Source: Phallusia mammillata (Eukaryota). From it: a stretch of 64,000 nucleotides of DNA. The stretch covers positions 14,074,001 through 14,138,000 of the forward strand of contig OZ281501.1 of NCBI GenBank assembly GCA_965637545.1, written 5' to 3'. Under the pieces are notes generated by a model. That model made no database searches. It saw only the letters and a list, made by a program, of their open reading frames with translations, and was not told where the DNA came from. Position 1 is the stretch's first letter. Each line of letters opens with the position of its first letter. Both the position numbers and the translations under genes were made by a program. Positions 12,823 to 24,077 of this stretch are shown piece after piece.

Positions 12823-15800
12823 TTATCGATAAAATATCATAATCGTGGAATCGATGTCCTTCTGAGAATGAGCGAATCCAACTTGGTAAGTTTTGTTATT
12901 GGCAGTCCCACTATAACCGTTCCAGTCTAAAAAATAAATATCGTGTACAAATTGATGTTTCCCAGAGAGTATTGTGTATATTTACTGTTGTCACTTGATG
13001 CTAATGTCGCAATAACAACCTGTACATAAACTCACCGAGAAAATCGTTATATTCTTTCAAATGGCTCAACTTGTTTCGGACTCCGCCCACGCAAACGAAC
13101 CGACTGAAGGAATTCTCAACTCTGCAGATAAAGTGGTCGAGAAACAATGATTAGACTTACCCATCAAAACAAATTACACACCTCTATTACGAACATGGAT
13201 TAGCAGGCCTAAAGTCGTTTGTACAACAAACTATGCTTCTGACATACACTGTAAAATTTGTGAAATTCGCTTAACGCGCTTTATGCAGTCAAACATGGCG
13301 CTGTTTTTGTCGGCATTCTTAAGAGCTGTTTTGCAACGATTTAACAACGTTAAACTGACTTGACGGCTGGACATAAGGCGTAAACGCTTCCAGTTTCTCC
13401 AAAACTTCGAAGCTGAAGAAAACCAGTAGGCATTGGTCCGACGCTAGGTGGCAGCATATTCTCCACCACTGAAGCATCGCCAATCGTATACTCAACCGGA
13501 ACCGTGAGCGCTTGCTTCGAAACATCACATTCAGGACCTAAAGTACAAACAAATTAAAGTTTTAAACAGTTTCGATTCTAGTCAACCAGATCAAATGCTT
13601 GATACTAAAATGTTCTGAAATTGTCACTTACAGAAAACTTGTGTTTCCGACACGATCTCAAGGATTTTTTTCATTGCGTTTGTCATTTCTTGGTTAGATA
13701 ATTCACTTCCGTTTTTTCTGCAGAAAACATTGATAGCTGTTATTTAACTAAGAGATAACCAACTCCGTTTCGAAGCAAAAAATGCAATATACAATTAAGT
13801 GCTAAAATATATTTTTGCTGTAGCCTAGTGCCTAGTCGACTCGCGTGTACAACTTAAAAAGTAGAGTTTCAAATCAACCTACATGTAAATGTGGCTACAT
13901 ATAGGCCTACAGCTTAGCCAAGTTTTTGTTGCAAATTTTCCATAAAACTCTTTCAACAATTTTACACGTTTAAATACCGTAAGACCGTTTTTACAGTATA
14001 TGGATTTGAAGAAACTGACCTTGATAATAGTGTGTATCCCATATATAGGTTTGTTGGAGGTCCGTCAACTGCGTGCATATTATACTGATAACTGATCCCT
14101 TCGCTGCGTTGAACGAACAGTCGCGCCTCAGTAGAACCCCAGATCTACAATTCATAATGTAAGGTCAACAGGTAGACAAGGATATCACTTGACCACTCGT
14201 ACCTTAGCAGATGATATGATGAAGAATACATCACATATACTTGGAGTGGTCAAGCCATACTTGCATGTTGCGTCGTAAGTCAACACAAAGTTTTCATTGC
14301 TTAGACTTTCGTTATAATACTTCATTTGGCACAGGCTTGGTGTGTCAGAGTTTATCTAAAAACATATTTTTGGTAAAAAATAAATATTGGCTGCAACAGA
14401 AACTGATGAAGTATGGTTTAACATCTTAGAATGTGTCAAAGCGCTTACCTCTATGTTAAATAATCTGCTGCTGGAGTCGAAATTTCCCACTGCCAACAAA
14501 CCAAAAAACGGATATGATGTAGAGCTGGACCAAATAGAGTTGCTCAAAGGACATCTACACCAAGAAATCGGGTTTAAAATGTTAAAATTTTTGTCAAACA
14601 ATGTCACCGAAATGACGTTTTTGATTACGCTGTAAACAAATGACATGTCATATGTCACACTAAGCAAAAAATGTAACTGTTTGATAACTGCAAATAATTG
14701 GGTTTCAATGCAACCGTTTTTTAACTGATGATAGACCAACCCAAACGTGTTACAGTATCGCATTTACTTTCGTTGTTTTAACGTTAACCGTTTGGTTTGT
14801 ATGAAATCGTTTGGCCGAAACCAAATGGTCGTCGAATTGTTAACATGGCGAACAAACCTCAATTGGGTCAACCACTAGCTTTATTGTTGCCCTGTACCTG
14901 TAATCTTTTTTAAATGATAGGTCGTTGTTGTTGCATTTTGGGAGACTGACCTAAAAACAAATTGGTTTAGATTTAATATGCAAACAATGGACGTCTTTTT
15001 CTAAACCCAATATACAAACCCCCAATCCATATGGGCCAAACATTCCGCTACCGTTATCTGTGATTGTGTTCGTTATTTCATAACTATAAAAATAGAAGTT
15101 AGAAATTTCTGCCGTAACGCTAGGAAACGTTTCAACTAGTCCACCCAAAACTGGGTTTATGTCAGGAAGTCCATCTGAAACTAAAGTTAAAGGGTGTCAA
15201 ATTAACAGAAATTAACACTAAATAATACGAAGTGTGGATAAGGTTGGCGTTGGCGAGCATGGCTTTACGTCGTTTACGACCTCGAATGAAGTGGTTGGGC
15301 AACATTTTTGCATTGTAGGCTATCTGATTTTTATTACACACTAAGCTTTTCCACAACAAAAAAGATGTTGCATCAATCTAGCGACGTATCACAAACAAAT
15401 GCCATTGAAATTTAAAAAGCATTGAACCTGATGTAAAAATTGGTGTTTTAAAATTTTTGAAAACCGATATTAGCAATATTTATCTACCACGTCACAACAT
15501 ACACATGTCTTGGCCTGTGTTGGTGATTGAAAGAAGGATTTTTGCCATAGCTTCTTGTATTTCATTTTCATCAATTTGTTCCTTGGATAAGCTGAAATAG
15601 ATTAAGTTGTAACTTGCTTTCCTATGATCCGTGTCATGCAACAAGTACGTTTGTTTACACTACAGCATACAGTTGAGGTAAGACAACAATAGAAAAGACA
15701 AAGCAAGAAACTTCTAAACTTAATTTCCAGTAATGGAAATACTGAAGTGATTTGACACGAGTCCGACTTATGCCACCTTTTTCAAAGACTTGACTTGAGT

Positions 15801-18800
15801 TTTAGCTGTGAAAAGACATGATTTGGACTTGCAAACAAATGTAGTACATGTCAAGACCAACTATTTGCTTTTAAGCGCTTACTTTACTGTACAAATGATT
15901 TAGTTTAGTGCATGACGTTACTGTCCACGCTGTTTAAGGAGTGTCACTTGACATGTTGACTCTATGCAAATATAGGGAAGCAGTTGGTGGCTTAATCTCG
16001 CTGTGATGAAGTAGGGTCAATTTTATGGTAAAAAATGACGCGATAAACTATTCCAAAAAAATACCCATATCCAAACCTTAAAACTTCCTTTCAATAATTT
16101 TTTATGACTTGCCTCAAACCCCAAACGACTTGCCTTGAGACTCGAACCCCTTTTGACTTGGGGCTCAACTTATAGGACGTCCCAGTCCAAACCTGTCAAT
16201 TTCCTAACAGATCACAATTGTTTGTTGGTTTGATTTCGAACTTTGGTGACAGGCAACACCTAAATGCGTTCTGCTCTCACAATGTCTCTGCTGTGGAAGT
16301 GCCTGTTTTATTGCAAGTCTTAAACCATTTTTTATTATAATCTTTTTGAATTGGTGACTTCAATTTGGTTTGACCCATCATGGTTAACTGGGTTGCAGCA
16401 ATGTCACTTAAGTTCTTGCTTAAGGAAACACAAGTTGCTAAGTGAATATGAGTCAATTGTGCTGATTACTCAGGCATCTGTGCAACATTTACTAACAGGT
16501 TGGGTGTGACTTACCTAGAAAAGAGTGAATACCCAAACATCTGATTAGACAATATCGGAGAACTTCTTAGTTCACTGCCGTAATAACTGGCTTCTGGTAA
16601 AACAATATACTCTGGAAAGTTTTCTGTTGATAGCCAATCCTAAAAAGGGAATGTTTTTAGACACACATAAATTGTTTGTAGTTAAGTTTTAGTCTTACCA
16701 CAGGGTTTATAACCACAAACAAAACATCACATATGCTCTTTGTGGAGACCCCAAATCTACAAAGGGCGTGATATTGCATTTTATAGTTTCCATGTGTAAG
16801 ATTTCCTTGGAAATTATTGTATGGTTCCTTAATAATTCTATAAGATGTCACCTTGACAAATCCACAAAAATTGTTAGTATCTCTGGAGTGTACATATTTA
16901 AGAAATAAATGTGCAAAACAGCTTTAATATGGTGGTTCACAACCTGAATTTCTCACTTAACAGTTCTTCATTCCTTCCAAACAGACTACAAAATAGATGC
17001 TAAACCAAACAAAGATCACTTGAAATAGTTGTTTTATGAACTTTACAGGTCTTATTCCCAGAGCTAAAGTGTCTGATTACAAACCACATGAACAAACTAA
17101 AGTAAATTCTTTCCCTAAAGTTTTAAAATTTTCCTTTGGGAGGAGTTCTTTTCTGGTAAGGAACCACTGCTGTAACTAAACAAATTTTTCTAGACAAGTA
17201 TAGTTAAATCATGTAAATCAAGAATTTGCTCACTCTCATAGAAAAATCTGACAAAACAATGTCAGATACATCCCCCACTGCCAAGATTCCAATAAATGGA
17301 TGAGACTTTCTGCTTGACCATATGGTATTTGTCTCTTTACAACTGAGAAAAACACTTGTGAAGAATCAAAACTTTCCAAATACAAAACAGTGACACACTT
17401 ACCTGTAACTTGCATCATATTCAATAGGCCCAAAATCACAGCTTCCTGCATACAGTTGAATCTGAATACAAATGTTTTATCAATGTTTAAACATTTGTGA
17501 TCATAAAGGCCACCAAGAAAAATCATTGGTTCAACAAAAGCAAACGTACCAATTATTTTTGTACAAATTATTCGTTTCAACATTGGCATGAAATTTGAAA
17601 GTTTAAATTGAATATGAACATGTTTAAAATTAAAAACCACTTCATTAAAAAAAATTGTTTACAAACATACAAAAGCCCCTCTAGGAGTGTACATTCCACT
17701 TTCTTTGTCTGTGATGTAGTTATTTTTATTCTCATAAGAATAATCATAAAAACCAGGAATTTCTGAGGTAACTTCATTGGCCCTTGATGCCAAGTTGTTT
17801 AGTGTTGTTTGAACATCAGGATATATGTCTACATAAATAACATAGCAGAAAACAGAAAGATTATTCAGACATGCAAATTTAAACGTGAATTCAAATCAAA
17901 GAAAGGTTGCTTGCACAGCTGCCTTAAAATGATTCCGTTTGCCCATGTTGCTTACAGCTATTTAGTCAATTTTCAACCTATTGGTCCTAGCTTAAACTTT
18001 ACAACAAAAAGTGTTTTATCCAATCTGCAGCAGCAAACCAATAAATGTTTTCACAAAAACAAATTTAGAAGCTGTTTAACCTAGTGCAAAATTCAAAATA
18101 AACTTACAATTGGAAGGTTGTAGTGGGTATTTATTGACAAAGAGGTTTTTCAGATTTCCACCATTTTCAGCTAAAAACTTATTATTGGTTTTGTATTCTA
18201 GAAAACTTGCTTTACTGCTTTCCTCAACTGGCACATTGTTTTCTACATGACGTATCATCACATCACTAGCCTGTTCAAAGATCAAGAAAAATTAAACACA
18301 CAACCCCACCATGACAATATGTGTAGAAAGAGTTTGTAAAAATACACTTACTTGAAGGTCATGATAGGCATTACTTTTGAAATCAGATCTTGTACATGTG
18401 ACTATACTTCCAAACACATTTTCATTCACCCAGTTTTGATAATCTGTGTAAATACAATGTTAAAAACGTTCTTGATATGGTTAAGCTTGGTTTGCCAACG
18501 GGAATTCTGCTTTTTATATGCATCAAGTAAAAAACTTTTATTGGTCCCATGCCACTATTTAAATAGGCCCAATGAAATGAGCCACCAACGTTGTTGCAAA
18601 GCAGAAACAAAGTTTAAACTGAAAGTTAAATTGTAACAACAAATATTTGTTTCAATTCTTCAGCCGAGTGTCAATAACCGAAATTGCCCAACAATGCAAA
18701 ATTGTATCATTGTTTTCAAACTCTGAACATGGCTTTATTTAACACTTGCTAATGTTTAATACAGTAAAAAAGTTGCTTCCATGTAAGTTACAAAAACGTT

Positions 18801-21095
18801 TTACCAGCCTAGGCCAACAAACAAACAAACAACAACAATTAAACTACCTGTTGTAAGTTGATTGTGGTTGGGAAAGAACCAGGCGTCGCCATAGTTAACT
18901 TCGTCAAAGCCATTTTCGTTTACAGTAGCAACCAAAGTCCAACCTCCAGCTTCCAAATCGCAATAAACCTAAAAAACAAATCATAAAATTGGACATGGTG
19001 AAAAATGTTACTATTTCAATCTCTATTTCTACCGTGATTAAATGTTTTTTATTTTGAAAATGCATATACGCTGGAGAACTGATTAAAAGTAAAACAACTG
19101 TGAAATGTTTTGCAGACTGAAATTTCAAATTTGCTAAAGTTGTTGCTTGGAAAATACCGCCAAGATAAAAGTACCGACTCTCACCTCATACGGATGAGTG
19201 CTAGGTTGAATGACGTATTTGCCGTTGACGGAGAAACCTGATTGCGCAAGTTCAAAGCAGGATCTCGCAGGAGTTGCGATTGTTCTGGATGTTATGACAG
19301 CCTCCTCGCAAGAGGAAACATCTTAAAAATTAGTTAACGTGTTGATAAGTAACATCATTGATTGTTTATGTGCCCATCAGTAAAAACAGATTTTACCTGT
19401 GTTGTTTATTTTCTTGTCCATTTCCTAAAACGTAAAAACGTGAATATTTAAAGAAATTTAGGTTAGTAAGTGAAAACCTTAGGTTAAAAAACATGAAATA
19501 AATAAGAATTTTAGTTGACTCTGATGGTATGCAGAAAAAAGATTTTCAACAGCAAATATTATGGTATATGCTATACTGCCCTTTCTTAAGAAACCGATTT
19601 AGTTAAAAAGAACAACATATTAGTTGGTCTTTTACGCAATTTTAAGGCAACATTTTTTTGAAATGTTAACTTAACAAAAGTATAAGTATGTTGCAAACTA
19701 TAGTACACACATTTTCTACCTTTAAGTAATTATTCGGCCACACTTACATTGTGCACCGTGACTGTGTAACTTACTTGCCGCTAATTCCCTTAATACTTTT
19801 ATAACAAAAATACAGTTGTTTAAAGAATCTTCCTAAATCTTCCTAAAAGGTTCCTAACGCTTACTCACCAAATTAACTACCAGTATCCATCCATTCAAAC
19901 CAGCACAGCCAATCGTAATCAGTAAGATGATGCAAGTTAGGGCTAAGGTAGATTTCTCGACACATCTACTTACATGCTTTGGCTTCACGGTCGTTGTCAC
20001 AAATGCATCTATACAAGATGCTTTTTTTTATATTACCTCGATCTGATATCAAACCTATAGTTTGCTCGAATTAGACCAGTGGTTCTTAACCTTTTTTCCT
20101 TACTGCACCGCTTTCGAATCACCGACCAATTTTCGCACCCCCCTGGGTTTTTGTATTTATATAGAATAGACCTAACCAACATTAATGATTCAGCATCCCC
20201 GCACCCCCAAGACTATAAATTATATTTTGACCATAATCCATGGAGACTTTTTAGGTTTCTGATCACACTTTTTTGCTCGGTGATCATTTGGTTTTGCTGT
20301 TTGCGAGGCTATTGCAAGTAACACGCTCTTAAAAATGACTGCACTAACAACTGCAGTAGTTAAAAACAACTAAGATCAACAAAACTACCATTTGGCTGAT
20401 TTTCGCCAACTTGCTTAGTTTTTGCTTCGCCATTATCTTCGTCCTGGTAAGACGGTTCTTGAGTGTAAGGATTTCTCGTGGTCACATAATTTGGGGAGAC
20501 TTCGTCTGAAACATGTTTGCTAGTATACATTGCATTCCATTGTTGCAAAAACAACACGTCAATGTAATACCTCGTTCAGTTAACTCTTGTCTACGTTGAT
20601 TTTCTATTTTCTTTTCTTTCAATTTTTGCATTGCGTAAGCAGAACGACCTAGGATAAAAAAGGTGAAAAACAACCAATACTGTCACAAGCGTAAAAAGTT
20701 TGAGAATTACTTAATAATAAACCGTTTTTTTTTTAAAAACAAAACAAGGTAGACTTACTGTATTCATCGTGATATACTCTTCCTGGATTGTAAGGATTTC
20801 TTTCCACATATCTGTATTGCTGTTCTAATTCTGTTTGAAAGATGAAATATATAGACTTGAGACTTTTCCATGTTTTTATGTGCACCTGCCTTATCTGTTT
20901 CGGAATACTCTCAAACACTCGCAATTAAAAGCAGTTTCTAATAAAGCCTTAAGAGTTACGTTGTAATTATACATATAGGCCTAGCTATAGTGTACCTCCC
21001 GGGTTCCTTTGCGGTTCCACGAGTTTTCTTTCAGGAGTTCTTGAATTCTTAAAGTAGAAATTGTTGCCGTATTGATCACTCCTCGATTGATACAT
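12823..21095 (-). CDS. Type II membrane intelectin-like protein with a split fibrinogen-related domain and two inserted ~230-aa modules; 24 exons, ~920 aa
   Basis: Exons 5'->3': 21095-20996, 20830-20759, 20648-20571, 20505-20389, 20008-19865, 19321-19185, 18968-18848, 18443-18352, 18270-18108, 17828-17671, 17461-17403, 17342-17234, 16851-16699, 16639-16515, 15591-15503, 15174-15020, 14950-14898, 14554-14449, 14355-14203, 14144-14020, 13717-13632, 13537-13360, 13121-13036, 12926-12823. All GT-AG; 2763 nt open. Intelectin matches: RSC, YCDLEAGGWTLVATVNEN, NWVNENVFGS, SDFKSNAYHDLQ, KYP, VPVEYTIGDA, GFLQLRSF, ALC, CVGG, DWNGY, IMIFYR-stop. Start codon and the TM-exon donor are the least certain points. 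Confidence 0.88.
15729..15830. mobile_element. Fragment of a GACTT/GAGTC-rich non-autonomous DNA element; related copy reversed at ~59560-59648
   Basis: cagtaatgg...gtccgactta...caaagacttgacttgagt...agctgtgaaaag matches the reverse complement of cttttcacagct...actcaagtcaagtc...taagtcggac...ccattactg near 59580-59648. Confidence 0.6.
20077..20215. mobile_element. One-ended hAT MITE fragment
   Basis: Starts CAGTGGTTCTTAACC after aattagac. No matching right TIR or TSD found; right boundary approximate. Confidence 0.5.
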
Positions 21096-21685
21096 TTGTA
21101 CCTAACTATCGGTGTGTTTGTTAATTCAATAAACAACTTGCACCACCAGAGTCTTAAGGTGCTGGAAACAATATATTATTAATAGGTCTAGTTCAAGTTA
21201 TATTAAATATACACAATTAGAATCAGCAGCAGATTCAAATTAAAAGCATTGGCTCAATCATAGTCCTATGTAGGCTACCAACTGGGCTACACGATAACCA
21301 CTCTAAGAAATGTAAAAAATGTAATAAAATGAAGAATTACCAAAATGTGCAGTTAAAAAACCCATACCGAATTAAGCGAGCGAGAATATGTATGTATACC
21401 AAGAAGGCAACTTAAATAGGTGGAAAGTTTTAAAAATAGCATCTACAACACCTACTGAAATCAAGTTTAAAACTTTTGCCCCATGCTAGTATTTTTCTCA
21501 GGTAATGGCCTGCTATGCGCGCGTGTAAATAGTAGGAACCAGTTACGGTTTTATGCGACCCGTAACTGGGCTAACAAATTTACCCAATAAATGAGTATTT
21601 TACACAAAGACTTCAAGCTTGCTCAGAACCATATTCTATGAGGTAATTTCAACAAATGTTCTGGCGTTTTCGCCATTGTTTAGAC

Positions 21686-22171
21686 CAGCGGTTCTTAACC
21701 GGTGGGAAATTTCCCACTAGTGGGAAATTTGTTGTATTTAGAGGGAGAGCAACCATACTCCGACCCGCCGGTCAAATCCGGCCTTAAATTAACTTAAATC
21801 AACTGTTTAAAGTTAATTTACGACAAATTTTTTCGCAACAACATGTAAGATTAATTTCACCTAGTGTTAGAAGGCCGTGTGTTACATCACAGACATGTCT
21901 AAAATATCAATGCTTTTGTTATTGTGCGCGAATAAATGCCTTCCCTTTGTTGATTGTGATAAAAAATGAGAAATGCAACAGAGGACATTTCAATATCCCA
22001 TACATTTTTACTCTCTCACGGTAGCACTATTCAAACTAAATAACATTGCACTAAGCCTTTATGGTCCCGACGTCGAGGACAAAACATCTTTATAAAAATA
22101 ACAGATGGGGAAATTCCAACTTGGTGATCGACTTTAGTGGGAAACCATCCCAAAAAGGTTAAGAACCACTG
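21686..22171. mobile_element. Non-autonomous hAT element (MITE), 486 bp
   Basis: TIRs cagcggttcttaacc / ggttaagaaccactg. Perfect 8-bp TSD gtttagac at 21678-21685 and 22172-22179. Confidence 0.93.
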
Positions 22172-24077
22172 GTTTAGACATTCAATGACAAGTGACAAAA
22201 AACAAACTGAGCTGAAACATAATTTTCGTCAATTAAATTCGTTGAAGAGAAACTAGACAAAAATCTTTTGCTCAGCCGTCTTTATTTCATACCTGTACTT
22301 AAACACAAAAGTTTCCAGTATTACTTGCACACACAATGCTTGTCATACTGTTTGTCGGACCGTGGTACGCCCTGTGTTTGTATTTATCCTGATAACAGCA
22401 CGAGCATGTGAGTATGTGTAGTTTGGTAAACTTTAATGACAAACGTCCGTCTGGTTGTACAAACATGTGCAAGTTAATAGCATAGTCAAATAATGCTTGA
22501 ATGTAGTCTGGCTAAAAAAAAACGTTGCTTGATTTTGACATTGCTTTCAACCTTCAATATTGTTAGGCTTTCCGAATTATAATCAACTAAAATGCTAATA
22601 AGTCTGCAAGAGTTTCTGCGCAGTAAGGTAAAAGTATCAGAATGTATTAAACAATATTCTATTCGTTTATTCAGTGCCTCATATTGATTTTATTTGCAGG
22701 CATAGTTTATTGTACTTGGCTGGGCGTGCATACGAGTAACAGGTCCGCGGGCTTTAGGCCCTAACCCCGCAATCCCAAGCTTGCTATTTATGAAAACCTC
22801 TGTTACGTTTCTGTTTTCTGTATTGTGATGCTTTTGTGTCGTGGCCTTATGGTTTTGTGCTTGAAGAAAAAAAACGGACCTACTTAAGTTTAATTAAGAA
22901 GCAAATGCTTCTGACTCAAAATCAGTAGACACTGGGTTGGTATATTCGAGATATATATTTCACCTAATCAGGCATCGTCAGTCTCTAAAAACTGCAAACA
23001 ACGAAGGTAAATTATGTGAATAGCATTTATGTCTACTTAAAAGCTCATGCCTCATAACTCTAAGCTGATATACAATGTCAAGTACAAACAAAGAAATGGA
23101 CTGATTTAATGCCAATAATTCGCATTTAGGTGGTACAATGTTAACCGAGTCAACTTTGCTGTTTGTCTGCTCTGACTAAGGTTTTAGATGCCCAAGACTA
23201 AATTTTGAAAACTTCCAATAGTTTTATGCATTAGGTTCGTTTATTAGCGATCATTTACACTATAGAACTTGGAAGTCTTTAACACTCACCAGCTTGCGAA
23301 AGCACACGTCATTACCTTGCATTGAATAAACCGGGGCACAAAACGTACAAATCGTACATGACCATTCAGGGTATGTAATATAATGCGATAATGAAAATGA
23401 AGGTGACCACACAGGTTCGACACGTCTTTACCCAAACCACGTTGCTTTAGTGCAATATTTTGGCGGAAGGTCTTCGAACACTGTTTATGTTGAAAGTCTC
23501 GTCACAACGGCACAAGCCTAGTTTCTTTGTAGAGCGATTTTCGTCATATTCCGCTGGCCTAACGACGAATATCGTAGTGGGACGAACAAAAGTTTTTGAT
23601 GCTGCCTCTTATGGTCGTATGCGTACACATCAGGTTTTCTTTATGTTGTGGCAGCTCTTCAAAATTTTTGGCGTTAAAGGTGGCAAAAAATATGTGAAGA
23701 TGAAATTAATTTTAAAACAAAAATACGCGTACCCAGTTCGCCGTGGGGTGGCGCAAAAGAGAGGTTGAAATAAAATATTTGGTCCGTGACGGAATAATGG
23801 TGATAAACAGATAAAATGATATTAGTTCTTTTGGTTTCGTTGAATGCTGTCATAAAACAGCAGAAAACAAGGTCAAAATATCGCCACGCAAAAACATTAT
23901 TTACACTTAAATGATGACATAACTAGTGCACGTAAATTGCACAGGGAAAAGATAAACGAGCGATGGAAAAAAAATCCTCGACGTCGTGGTGTGGTTGCGG
24001 TGACACCGAGTTCTATACAGGAATGTAAGCCGCGGTCTGGATCAGTGTTCTCTCGTTTTCTTTGTTCCAAGTAAAAT

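Noticed and set aside
21368-21442. Signal-peptide-like first exon for the intelectin gene (MLFLKLSTYLSCLLG..., phase-0 donor)
   Set aside because: An in-frame ATG at 21095 extends the next exon directly. A signal peptide plus the TM helix would put the disulfide- and sequon-rich domain in the cytosol. Not fully excluded.
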